Shown here in pieces: positions 24,919 through 36,760 of a stretch of 64,000 bases of DNA. Origin of the DNA: Neophaeotheca triangularis. Its lineage: Eukaryota. Each line of letters begins with the position of its first letter. Positions within the stretch are counted from its first letter, which is position 1. Position numbers and translations under genes: made by a program. The notes beneath the pieces are model-generated. The model searched no databases, was not told where the DNA came from, and saw only the letters and a list, made by a program, of their open reading frames with translations. The stretch is taken from contig BAAIJX010000029.1 of the NCBI GenBank assembly GCA_054600435.1, positions 186,001 to 250,000 of the forward strand, written 5' to 3'.

Positions 24919-26400
24919 ATGGATTCCCCTGCCGTCAGTACCCTATTCCGCCGCCTGGCGACTCACCGCTTCTGCCACCAGACTCGACCCGCGGTCAGTC
25001 GCAGCCAGCAGCAATGCCGTTCTCAAAGTACCCGGCCGAAGAAGGAAGTCAAGACGACGGTGGAATCCAATTGGCAGCAGAGGACGGATACATTCCCCTT
25101 GGATAAGAGCGAGGAGTTCAATTGGTTTCCGACAGTGACGGCTGATATATTGCGAACGAGAAAGGAGCGGCCTCGGCGGGTCAAGATGCTTATGAGGGAC
25201 TTTATCGAAGACTCGCTATACAACCCGAACTACGGCTACTTCAGCAAACACGCGACCATCTTCAACCCGGGAGAACCGTTTGATTTCAACTCGATCAAGG
25301 ATGAGCCCGAGTTCCACAATATACTAGGCCAGCGGTATCAGGAGTTCGAGGACAAGCTGGATGCAGTAGATTACAACGAAGCGCGACAACTCTGGCATAC
25401 GCCTACAGAGCTCTTCCGACCCTACTACGGAGAAGCAATCGCGCGCTACATGGTCGCCAACTACAAACTCTCCCTCTACCCCTTCCATGACCTCCTGATC
25501 TACGAGCTCGGCGCGGGAAACGGCACGCTCATGCTCAACATCCTCGACTACATCCGCGCAACCGACGCCGAAGTCTACGCGCGAACCAAATTCCGCATTA
25601 TTGAAATTTCCGACGCCCTCGCCTCGCTACAAACCTCCAACCTGATGCGCACAGCCATCTCGCGTGGTCATGCGGACAAAGTGGAAATCATCAACAAATC
25701 CATCTTCGACTGGGACCTCTACGTGCCCACTCCATGCTTCTTCCTCGCAATGGAAGTTTTCGACAATTTCGCCCATGACAGCATTCGTTATGACCCTTTT
25801 ACGGAAGAAACGCTGCAAGCGTCCGTCCTAATCGACAACGCTGGCGACTTTTACGAATTCTACTCCCGCGACCTCGACCCAGTCGCCGCTCGCTTCCTCC
25901 GCGTCCGCGACGCCGCCTGCGCCGACCGTTCCTACCCACACCCCTTAACTTCCACGCCGAAGATTCTCCGCAACCTCCGCCACCGCCTACCAATGGCCCC
26001 TAACCTCACCCTTCCCGAATACATCCCCACCCGCCTGATGCAATTCTTCACCATTCTATCGAAACAGTTCCCCGCCCACCGCCTCATAACCTCCGACTTC
26101 CACTCTCTCCCACAAGCCACACCTGGCTATAATGCTCCCGTAGTGCAAACACGTTATAAACGCCGCACCGTACCCGTGCGCACCCCGCTCGTCCAGCAAG
26201 GCTATTTCGACATCTTATTCCCAACAGATTTCGGCGTCATGGAAGACCTATACCGTGCAATCACCGGGAGACTAACGAGGGTCATGGAGCATGAGGATTT
26301 TTTCAGACGCTGGGCTTTTGTCGAGGAGACGGAGATGAAGAGTGGGGAAAATGCGCTGCTGGGATGGTATAAGAATGCTAGTGTTATGGTTACGGTTTGA
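24919..26400 (+). CDS. SAM-dependent methyltransferase, NDUFAF7/MidA (DUF185) family, probably mitochondrial
   Basis: ATG 24919 with presequence, MRDFIEDSLYNPNYGYF, LWHTPTELFRPYYG, IYELGAGNGTL, LAMEVFDNFAHD, GYFDILFPTDF. Confidence 0.9.
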   Translation: MDSPAVSTLFRRLATHRFCHQTRPAVSRSQQQCRSQSTRPKKEVKTTVESNWQQRTDTFPLDKSEEFNWFPTVTADILRTRKERPRRVKMLMRDFIEDSLYNPNYGYFSKHATIFNPGEPFDFNSIKDEPEFHNILGQRYQEFEDKLDAVDYNEARQLWHTPTELFRPYYGEAIARYMVANYKLSLYPFHDLLIYELGAGNGTLMLNILDYIRATDAEVYARTKFRIIEISDALASLQTSNLMRTAISRGHADKVEIINKSIFDWDLYVPTPCFFLAMEVFDNFAHDSIRYDPFTEETLQASVLIDNAGDFYEFYSRDLDPVAARFLRVRDAACADRSYPHPLTSTPKILRNLRHRLPMAPNLTLPEYIPTRLMQFFTILSKQFPAHRLITSDFHSLPQATPGYNAPVVQTRYKRRTVPVRTPLVQQGYFDILFPTDFGVMEDLYRAITGRLTRVMEHEDFFRRWAFVEETEMKSGENALLGWYKNASVMVTV

Positions 26401-27097
26401 GAAGACGGCTTGTGTTTTTGTATGCTTTGTACAGTCGGTTCATACAGCGATCAGAGGGTAGTGCAGAGCCAGCTTAACCTGTCGAATTGTATTTTCCGCC
26501 TTGCGACTGGCTAGCTGACTCCGACGAGGTGGAAAACCCCCCAGTAAATATTAATGTGTTTCACACCCCAGTTTCGTGGCTTCCGCAGTGCATACCTAAA
26601 TACCTAGTACCGGCGAATTCAATCCTTGAGTTCTGGTCGGCTACACACCCATAATACTGTAGGGTATCATCGTCGCAGCTTGACACCTTTGATTGGTCGG
26701 AAGGAGGTTGGCCACTAGTTTTTGGCTGTTTCTCGCGTCGTACAACGATGGTTGTGCGTCGTGCGACAGAGGCAAAAACTAGTGGCCAGATGCCGGTTTT
26801 TCTTCCACCTGCACCTACTGTACCATAGCCTCCAGATGCCAACACCAAAGTTCTAATACACTGTCGGTTTGCTAGGTCCACGCAAAATCAAATAGAAAGA
26901 GCAGGAATCAGGACTCCTCTGCCCTTGGCATCGGAATGCGAAAGCGAGGGTTGGTGTTTGGGCGATGGGCAAGATTGAACGCGACTAAGATACTTGAGTA
27001 ATGATATAGACCGATCGACGGCCTCTCTGCAGTCTCACTCCCTTTCATTCCTCTCATCCCATCCTCCCCGCGACTCATCGCTCTCTCCCTCCCAGCC

Positions 27098-28411
27098 TCA
27101 CATGCTGCTCTGGTAGGGATCCACCTCCCATCCAAACTCCTCCGCCTCCTTCCCCACATCCCTCAACCGGCGCGAAAACTCCTCGTTCCCATCGCTCTCG
27201 CCGCTAGGTGCACGCACCAAAGCCACAACGACCGGCCTGTACTGGGCTGTCAGACGCAGCAATTCGCGCTTTAGCTGCACGTTCCTGTTCTCGTGCTCCA
27301 CAAAATCTTCGTCCTCGGTCCAGAGCATGCGGTCTTTGGCGCCGGTCCACAGGTCCGCTATCTCCCCGTCCTGGAGCTCCATACGCAGAGAGGAGAGGTC
27401 GGTGTTGGAAGCTTGTAAGGTGCTAAGGGATGAGCGAACGGCCGAGAGCGTGCGTGTTTCGAAGCGGGAAGGAGCTCGGGGGTCTCGTGTTTCTTTGGCG
27501 ACGGAGATGAAGTCGAAGATGACGCCGGCGAGAACATCTTCCTGTAGCGTCAAATGCTTTGGAGGGACGTGGATGCAGATGGAGCGGAGACGGTTGATAT
27601 TGTTCACACCGAGCGGAGAGAGGAAAGCGTCGAATTCCATCCAGGCGTTGGCGGGGTGTGGGAAGCGGAACGTGTTCTCGGTGTAGAAGTAGTCGAGAGC
27701 TGATTGAGAGATCTCTTTATTAACTCGGAATAGGCCTGTGGCGAGGTCTCGACAGGGCGGTGTGTATGCGCGAGAGTATTGGAGGTGATGGCCGAGCTGA
27801 GCAATGAGCGATCGTGGATGGGGAGCCCTGCCAACATCGGTGCCTGTGTAGTCGTACTGCATTCCATCGATCGTCTCGGCGAGCTCAGTCCACAGTAGAG
27901 CGGTCTCAAAGACTTCGTCGTCTCTCGAGAAGGAACCAATGGCCGTTGGGAGCGTTTGTCTGGCGTCTAGCCATCTTTCGCACCAGGTCGAGTCGATGGT
28001 TATGGGACCATCTTTGAGCAGCGAAAATTCGAGAATGCGGGTTTCAACCTTGGATGGCAGCTTTTGCCACTGGAAAATACGATCGCTCCGGAGTGCTGAG
28101 TGGTGGCGATAAGCGCTCACGGGCTGATCTCTCCTCTTTGCAGTAAGGCCAGCGTTGCCGTCATCGGTGTCGCGCTTGCGCTTTGGGCGGAGCGCCAAAG
28201 AGCTGAAGACGGGAGCACTAGTGGGAGTGCCTTTGTTTCTACCCTGTCCGGTCACTGGAGCGCTGCTGGCTACGCAAAGAAAAGAATGTTAGACCATCCA
28301 AAAGTTTTCAAAAATCGTCCCAACGGTCTTTTGGAGGGCTTCAAATGCAGAAGAAGCCATGTAGTTAGTCTTTATAGCTTGCTTACTGTTGTCTTCAGCG
28401 TTGCTGTCCAT
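27098..28411 (-). CDS. Hypothetical protein (F-box-like motif followed by a FYxENxFxF domain)
   Basis: Short exon MDSNAEDN at 28411, intron GTAAGC...CTAAC...TAG joins in frame. FQWQKLPSKVETRILEFSL and LFRVNKEISQSALDYFYTENTFRF motifs. Confidence 0.75.
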
Positions 28412-29899
28412 GGTTGCTGAGGTATAGCTGTGGCTGTTTGGGAGTATAGGGGGAGGTTTTCAGGCTGGGAAAGCTCCGAGTGCGTATAAAGGCGGACGCC
28501 AAGACACTACCCAAGATTTGATGACTATATTAACGCAGCTCGGGCGGGAAGGCGCCTAAGAATAGTTGAGGTAAGGTGAGATAAGGTGAGGTACCCATGA
28601 GGCGAGGTGAAGTATGTGGAGTGGCCGGCTTGCTTCAGGGGTGATCTTGCGCTTTCTGTCTCCCGGCGAACACGGGACATCAATTGCCAAAAGTAGCGGT
28701 AGCCGACGTAGGGGGTTACCCCTGAAGTTGTCGATCAAGGACTGGATGGTGTTGACAAGTGATCTAGTAGCCAAGCCAGCCTAGAGAAGGGTCTTGTCTT
28801 CCTGCCAGAAGGATTTTGGGGCTCCTCAGCAGCAAAACCTCATAGTTCCGCTGAGACCGCTCCTAGTTCCTAGCCATAGCTAGCAGCCCGGACAATCTGG
28901 AGTTGACTTGTGCTCGTGGAGGAACAGCCCAGCCTTCCTACCGAGAGCGTCAATGGCTGAACGATCGATTCAGCTTGTTTCCTCGCTCGGTCGTAAAGGC
29001 ACCTTCAACACCCCAGCCCGTCACCGCCATCTAGCCCATTCTAGTGCATTTCAGTATTGGGCGCTGCCTGTAGTGTATAGATGTAGTCCAGCAGTATCGC
29101 CGCAAGCATCCAGCCGTACTGCTTGATAGGGCGAAGAGTAGAAAGCTACCAGCTAGCATGGAAATATTTTAGTGATGCTAGGGTCAGGTGTAGTGCAGCC
29201 TCTGCTGCTGATGTCAAGAGGATGCAGGAAAATTTACTCCAGGTCGTCTGAGAGAAGACCAATTTATAGCAAGACGATGCCTTTTGGAGTAGGACTAGAC
29301 GTTTGCCAGAAGCCCCTGGCGCTTTGAGATCTTCTCTCTATTACATACCTAGCAGCTTCTTTTGCCGTCGTCTAGTCTTCGTTGTCGATTTTTCTGTCGT
29401 GGTTTTGTTGATCTGGAGGACTGTGGCTTCGTGCTGCGATGTAGACCGGAGGTTATATATCATTGCTTATCGTCCGGTACCCCCAGGTTTGCCTTCGACT
29501 CGGACCGCTGTGACAAGGCTGCAACAATGGAAGTTCTTGTTACCGTGAAGGGCAGGCGGTATGGCTCGCTCTATCCTCTTATATTCCCCAAAACATCTTG
29601 AGCTGATCGGCAACAGCAACCAGAAGTCCTTTCAGAGTACAGCAACGGAAAGGGCACTCGTGCCGACTTACAACTTAGCCGGTAGGGGCACATGGAATAC
29701 CGTAGCAAGCACCAAGCGCCATGTTCAGGTTGAGCACCATCCTAATCGTCTTTTGCCGTTTTGAACCCATCCCATGCAACCCTCTCACAGGCATACGCCT
29801 GTTTTCAATATCTCTCATATTTTATCAACCCAACCGAGCAGCGATACCAGCACGAACATATCGTATCGCAGAGCCCTCAACCCCATTACTATTTGCGCA

Positions 29900-31841
29900 A
29901 TGTCGAAATCCAACATCATCCCAACACAGACCCCCCTCCCACCCATTTTTTTATCCAACGCCCACAAACACTCCCTCACTACAGGCTAGCAGTCCCCTCA
30001 GACCCTCCAACCCAGCCTCCTAACCTCGACCCTTCAAACCCCCTACTCAAACAACACCATCAACCTCAACCACCGCGCCTTCTCCGCCTACCAAAATCTC
30101 AAATGCCACCTCACCAACCATCTCTGCCCCCAAGACCTAGCAACCCTCCAGCACACCAACGCCACCAGCACCGAAGCCATTGAAAATCCCCCAAACGCGC
30201 TAGACGGCCTATGGCAGCGGTTGGAAAACAACATCTTGCGAGCGACGGTGTGGGAGCGTCTTGCGCAAGCTCTAGGCGATCCCGACGGCGAGCTGGGGTT
30301 GCCGGAAGTGGCGTGTCGGTTTGTGGGGGTTCTGGAGCCGTTGGGGGTTTATTGGTGGGATTTGGAATTGTATGATAGGTTTGCGGAGGCTGTTGGTGGG
30401 AGGGAGAGATTGTTGGGGTGGAGGGAGGGGGTTTTAGGGGAGAGTCTTGGGTATGATGGGGTTGTGGATGGAAGGACGGAGGGGGTTGGTAGTGTGGGAT
30501 GTGTCGTTTCTAATCCCACTCGTTTACCGGGTTTCAATGGATTTTCTGAGGGGCTGTTTCCTGGGGGTCTCGTTGGCGATGAAGACTCTATTGCCGCGAT
30601 GCAGCTCAAGAAGTTTGAACAGCCGCCTCGCGGACTGAAAGGAGAGACCTCGACAGTGCCACGAAACTCTTCAAGTAGCGAGGACTGCCGGACCGCGTCC
30701 TCCTCATCACTCTCTTCGATCGATCTTACTCGGCTCCCAGAGGAGCAGACGCACTTTTTACCCCTCTCGAACTTCCGCAATTGGGACAACGAAACACAGA
30801 CGACCTCGAGCGAAATCCTTCACCAGCAGCTCACTCCAGCCAACAGAAACAAGCCCAACGCAACCAGCGACCGACACTGCCCCTGTCCCCACTGCAATCA
30901 GCCCCCAGCACCAAAGCCAGACCCCTTCCCCACCACCCGTCCTTCCCCACCAGGAGACCAACCCACCCACCCAGCCCTCCTAGACGCAACCCTCACACAC
31001 CCGGTCTGGGGCCTCCCCTACACCGAGCAGCAAATGCAGCACCTCAAAGCGAGCAGCGACCTGCAAGCCTAGCAAGCCGAGCAGCTCACACGCTCAACCC
31101 TCATAGCCAAAACAACAACCCAGCCACCACCGCCCCTCCCCACTCCAGCAAACCTCCCCACCCTCACGCCCAGCACCCAGACCCACGCCTCCAAGCTCCA
31201 GCCCGTACCACGCTTCCCCCACCCCTCCCCCCTGGCAAACTACGCCCATTACACCAAAAACCTCGGCGCAAGACTAAACCTCCCACCCCACGCGGTGCTG
31301 AAACGCCACCGCGAGCAGAAAAACTACAGCCAGCGAAACATCCGCGCTCGCGAGAAAGCGGCCGGGATCTCACCGACGCTGCGCGCGAGACTTTCGGCCG
31401 GGGAGACGCGGCTGCTGATGGCTGCTGCTGCTGCTGCTGCTGCGGCGACAAGGACGGCGGCGGCGAGGGAGAGGCTGCGGGTACCTGACAAACTTGCGAC
31501 AGGGGGGTTGTTGTTGCCGGAAGAGGGGGCAAAGGGCGGCTAAGACCGCGGCGCCTGCTGTTCCGGCTGCGAGTGCTGTCGCCGCGGACGATGAGGGGGC
31601 TTTGGACCAGGTTCCCGGCTCTCGTGCGTTTCGGCAGCAGCTGGTGCGGACTTCTCCTACCCATCGTCGCAAACGGAGGTATCGCCGGTACACTGGGGAG
31701 AAGTTGGGGGTCTCGCCCGAAGAGGCGAAGCGTAGGCGTCGGAGGCAGAAGACGGAGAGTAATAGGCGTAGATGGGGGGAGGTTAGGGAGATGGAATTGC
31801 GGGCGGGGCGGCGGGGGTGGAGTAGTTGGCTTGCTGAATGA
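29900..31841 (+). pseudogene. Orphan coding sequence with in-frame TAGs at 29987 and 31070 and a frameshift near 31500
   Basis: ORFs 29774-29989, 30221-31072 and 31295-31543 share one frame and are separated only by single TAG codons. The final segment 31494-31841 is in the +1 frame and repeats a motif of the preceding segment. Confidence 0.55.
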
Positions 31842-31991
31842 GAAGGTTGACGGTGGCGGAGTGGGCTGGGAACGGGGGTTATAGAGGGGAATCGGGGACA
31901 TGGGAGACGAGCTTTCGTAAATTGTGGTTGTGAAAGCATTGATACGATTTTGAGTTTTTTCTTTTTTTTTTCTCTTGGTTCTGGTGGTTTT

Positions 31992-33446
31992 TCACTCCTC
32001 TCTCCCACCACCATCCTCATCAGCGTTGCCGCGTTTACGCATATTGGCAATGCCATACAACAGCCCATCGAGCGCTTTCGCATCCGTAGCTTCTGACCGT
32101 CTCTCGTTGAGGCTTTGCAATTTCATCTGCATTTCCCCTTCACCATCTGCGCTTTCCGCTGTTATCGTCAAAGCTTGTAAGCGCTGTTGGCTTTCATGCC
32201 GCGCATCTAGCGTGACGATCACTTTTTGGTTGCCAACGTGCGTGATATCCAAAGGAGCGTGCTCGAGTTTGATAACCGTTGGTTCGGTACCCGGAAACTC
32301 GCCGGCTGTGCACTGGAACGCAAAGAGCGCGGGTAGGGCTTCGATGGCGACTAGCAGGGTTGTGGTTTTGTTGCCGGGGTCCGTGGGTATGGTCCAGAGA
32401 CCGGAGACTGCGATCTCTTTGGTAGCTTCAGAGGGTAGGAGGGTGGAAAGTGCTTTCCGCAGATCCAGCTTCTTCCGCAGCGTGTACGACGGCCAATGCC
32501 AGACCCCCAACCACTCGTCGCCGCCACCGCTGATCAGCGTCTCAGACCCCGGGATGGGGCAGAGTTTGCTCACGAATTGCGTGTGTGCTAGACAAAACCC
32601 CTCGATAATATGCGCTTGCGGGATACCACGGGAAACACGAATGTGTTCGTCGCGGTCGGCCGTGATAATGTAGTCTCTGCGTTTGCCGTCGACGTCTCTG
32701 CTCGCGGTGAGCATGTCCGTGAGCATGCTGACGTGGCCGAGGAGTAGTTTGTGCTCGAAGGTCAGCGGTTCTTTGGATTTTGGAGTCATGTTTTTCTTTT
32801 GCTTGAGTTGCGCTTCGAGCGCTTTGCGGTTGCGTTGGGTGTGCACTGTTAGAACTGTGGCGGAGGGTTTGAAAGTCTTGGCATCATTTTCGTTCGTTGA
32901 GGTGGTAGCTTGGGGTTGAGAAGCGCCAGGGACGGCTTCGTAGTCTTCTTTTTCTAGCGGTAGGAGTGGCAGGGAGTAGACGTCGCCGAATTTGTCGCCG
33001 AGTAGGATTGTCGTGCTGTCGGGGAGGAATTGCAAAGCGCAGGGTCGTTTGGGCATGGTGCGTTGGCTGAGGGATTCTAATTTGCCAGATTCGTCGATGG
33101 TGAGGACGTGGATGCTTTTGTCTTCGGTGATGACGGTGGCGTAGAGGTTATTGGGGGCGATGGCCAGTTTGATGATGTTTATAGGGGTGGCAGGTTGGGA
33201 AGTCTTTTGCTTTTTGGCCGGTCTCCCGCTGTCGGGGGGATCTGCATTTGACGGGGTGTCTGGTTTTGGTGGCCACTCTGATAGGGGAGTGTCGTCGTCC
33301 AGGCGCAGAGTGGTTAGGTTTGGACCGCAGGCGGCGAGGAGGAAGGTTTGACCTCCTTCGGTTTTGACCGTCTCAATGGCCTGGTAGGGGTGTTGCATGT
33401 TCTCGTCGCCCGCCGAGGACGAGTCTGGCGCGTTCCTTTTGGGCAT
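31992..33446 (-). CDS. TRM82: tRNA (guanine-N7) methyltransferase non-catalytic WD40 subunit
   Basis: RTMPKRPCA, GDKFGDVYSLPL, LLLGHVSMLTD, ITADRDEHIRVSRG, SGGGD. Confidence 0.95.
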   Translation of the reverse strand: MPKRNAPDSSSAGDENMQHPYQAIETVKTEGGQTFLLAACGPNLTTLRLDDDTPLSEWPPKPDTPSNADPPDSGRPAKKQKTSQPATPINIIKLAIAPNNLYATVITEDKSIHVLTIDESGKLESLSQRTMPKRPCALQFLPDSTTILLGDKFGDVYSLPLLPLEKEDYEAVPGASQPQATTSTNENDAKTFKPSATVLTVHTQRNRKALEAQLKQKKNMTPKSKEPLTFEHKLLLGHVSMLTDMLTASRDVDGKRRDYIITADRDEHIRVSRGIPQAHIIEGFCLAHTQFVSKLCPIPGSETLISGGGDEWLGVWHWPSYTLRKKLDLRKALSTLLPSEATKEIAVSGLWTIPTDPGNKTTTLLVAIEALPALFAFQCTAGEFPGTEPTVIKLEHAPLDITHVGNQKVIVTLDARHESQQRLQALTITAESADGEGEMQMKLQSLNERRSEATDAKALDGLLYGIANMRKRGNADEDGGGREE

Positions 33447-34327
33447 TATTCTCTGGTGTATATGCTAGTAATGGGATGAAGTGGGAAGTGAGCAGCCAAT
33501 GAAGGATGAGATTAAGTCGAAAAAGTCGCCGGGCTGGAATCTAAGCCGACTTTGCAGATGGCGGGATTATGATGCCAAGAGGAGGATAAAGATTGATATT
33601 CGGCTCTACAGTCGAGATTCGGTATTGAATTACACTATAAAGGGCGGATAACGTTAACCAGTACGTCACGTTATTTGACTACTCGTCTGTATCAATTAGT
33701 ATTGAGCATTCTGTAGGAATGTTAGATGTTTGAAACTGCCTTTCTAGCCTCAGGCATGAAGATGAAGATGAAGATGATAGAAAGCAATCGAATCTTTGAT
33801 GATTCTACAGAGCAAAGCCAAGCCTCGACAAGGCTGCTCTGGGGGGGCGTCTGTTCCGTCATTCGCGCGAGAAGAAAGTTGAGCGACCTAGTACCCGACG
33901 CTTTCCAATTCCAATTCCCTTCACCTTTTACGATTAACAATTTCAACAACACCACTTACCTCCTACATCCTCTCTAATACTGTCCCTCCCCCCCCCTCCC
34001 TCTTTCTGGTCTCTTGACCATCTTCCCTCCGAAAAGGTACGTTCTCGCCCTATCCAGTTGCCTCGCCCGTTCAGCCCCAGCATTCCCGTCGTCTGTCACG
34101 GCGCGATTAGATAAGGCTATCTACCTTGCACCTGACCATGCTCACTTTCTACGCCCTTTTGCCTTGCATCAGTTTGCTCACAATTGCCCTAGGCATAACC
34201 TCCCTCCTACCTTCTTCACTGGGGACCACTTCCTCCGTATACAGCTCATCACCGCAACACGACAAGTAACCTCGCCATCCATCTGAGCGCGTGGGATTAA
34301 CAAACACTTGACCCACCCATCGCAAAG

Positions 34328-35673
34328 ATGGTCAAAGACACAAAGTTCTACGACATGCTGGGCGTCGCCCCGGGCGCCTCAGAGTCGGAACTGAAATCCG
34401 CCTACCGCAAAGGCGCGCTCAAACACCACCCCGACAAGAATGCCCATGACCCGGAAGCGGCAGAGAAGTTCAAGGAAATCTCCCACGCCTACGAAATCCT
34501 GTCCGACTCGCAGAAGCGCCACCTCTACGATCAGTATGGTGAGGATGGGCTCGAGCAAGGCGGTATGGGAGGCGGTGGCATGGGAGCCGAGGACCTTTTT
34601 GCGCAGTTCTTCGGCGGCGGTGGCGGTGGTGGTGGACCCTTTGGTGGCATGTTTGGTGGCGGCATGAGGGATCAAGGACCCAAAAAAGCCAGGACAATCC
34701 ACCATGTGCACAAGGTCACCCTCGAGGACATCTATCGCGGCAAGGTGTCGAAGCTCGCGCTGCAAAAGTCTGTCATCTGCTCCAAGTGCGAGGGTCGTGG
34801 TGGTAAAGAGGGCGCCGTCAAGACGTGCGCCGGGTGTCAGGGACAAGGCATGAAGACCATGATGCGTCAGATGGGCCCGATGATCCAGCGCTTCCAGACC
34901 GTCTGCCCAGACTGCAACGGCGAGGGCGAGAGCGTGCGCGAAAAGGACAAGTGCAAGCAGTGCAACGCCAAGAAGACAGTCATCGAGCGCAAAGTGCTAC
35001 ACGTGCATGTCGACAAGGGCGTGCAATCTGGCACCAAGCTCGACTTTCGTGGCGAGGGCGATCAAATGCCTGGCGTACAACCCGGCGACGTGCAATTCGA
35101 GATTGAACAGAAGCCGCACCCACGTTTCCAGCGCAAGGGCGACGACCTCTTCTACCACGCCGAAATCGACCTGCTAACCGCTCTGGCCGGTGGTGCAATC
35201 TACGTCGAGCACCTCGACGAGAGATGGCTGACAGTCGAGATCCTCCCCGGCGAAGTCATCTCCCCAGGTAAGCCCACTCCACTCCCTCCCTCACCGAAGT
35301 CTACATTCCCACTAACACACTCCCCCCTCTAGGCGAAATCAAAGTCATCCGCGGCCAAGGCATGCCCAGCTACCGCCACCACGACTTCGGCAACCTATAC
35401 GTGCAATTCGACGTGAAATTTCCCGAACACATCACCTCACCGGACGGCAACAGCATGACTCCCCAACAAGTCAAAGCGCTGGAATCCGTGCTGCCGCCGC
35501 GCAAACCGCAAGCTGTGCCCCCGCCCGATGCCATGACTGAGGACTTCCCTCTCGAGAAAGTCGACCCCAGCCAGGAGGGCCAAAGAGCTCGCACGGGTAA
35601 TGCGGGGGGTATGGAGGATGATGAGGATGAGATGGGCGCCGGGGGCGAGAGGGTGCAGTGTGCTAGCCAGTAA
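34328..35673 (+). CDS. YDJ1: Type I Hsp40/DnaJ chaperone
   Basis: J domain with HPD, G/F region, four CxxCxGxG-type motifs, intron 35268-35332, C-terminal CaaX box CASQ. Confidence 0.97.
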
Positions 35674-36760
35674 GTGAGGCGAGCGAGTCGAGGCAATGAC
35701 ACGAGATGAGAAAGATGGGCAGCCGCGGGGTGGTTTGAGCGAAAGCGAGGAGTACGGCGCAGTGGGCGCTAGACACACCTTCGATGAAGAAGTATTACCC
35801 CTACATTGCTTGCATCTCAGCGAGACGACTCGAGGGTTGCGCTAGCTTGGCTTGAATTCTTCATCATCTGTCTTTCCTTGGCAGCCCAGTTGGTTGGTCG
35901 GGAATTGGTTGTTTTGATGGCTGGCTACGATAGAACCTATGTGCTTTGCTTTGCTTAAGTGTACTCTTCGACAGATAGGGGAATATCCGATCACTGTCGT
36001 ACTGCCTTTCTTTGTTCGCTGGTTCCCTCCACTCTTGCCGGTTCTTGGGCGCTTGCAGGTAGTAAGTCTTACATCTCGAGTCGTGAATGGTTTGGGGAGA
36101 GAGGGAGAAGAGGAAACGGAGGGCAAAATGGCGTGGGAGGGCGGGTTTAACGGTGGGTTTGACGTGCTGCTTCGGACTGTGTGGACTGTAGACTGTAACC
36201 TAGGTTGTAGTACCTTGGTAGCGAACTTTAACCCATACCTTTCTCGCCCGCGCAACTCTTCGATACAGTTAGTGCATACTGTAAGCTCTTGTCTCTGAAC
36301 CTAGACTATATATTATCCTACGCAACGCTCTGCTGTCCGTCGGTGGGCAGTCGAGGTATCTGATAAGCCATGGCAAAGGTATATGTATATTTCACGGTGC
36401 TGCAAATGCCTGCCCATCTACGTCCTACCCCGAAACAGGCAGGTGCGAAGACCAAGAACTACCTAGCGAGTGAAAGCGCTTCGTCTTTTCCATTGTCCAA
36501 GTGCCCTAACAAACCGCCTTGGTGCCCGCTTGCAAAAGAATTACATTTCTGATTGACGGCTTTTTCTTTTCTTCGCACATGCGGGCGGGCGCTTTTCGTC
36601 CTCCAGGATAAAAAAAGAGGGAAGATATCTATCAAACCCCTCCAATTGGTATTCACATCAAAAGAAAAAAGCAAAACCACCTTCTCCTCTCCTCTCCTCT
36701 CCTCTCCTCTCTCCAGATCCCATTGGACAAGGCATAAAAATACTACCGACCTCCGCTCAA

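Noticed and set aside
28560..29700. TAG/CTAG-rich intergenic stretch as a RIP-mutated transposon
   Set aside because: No terminal repeats, no transposase or reverse transcriptase remnants, and no marked AT enrichment.
31481..31502. 22-nt GT...AG segment whose removal would fix the frameshift in the orphan gene
   Set aside because: Far below normal fungal spliceosomal intron length.
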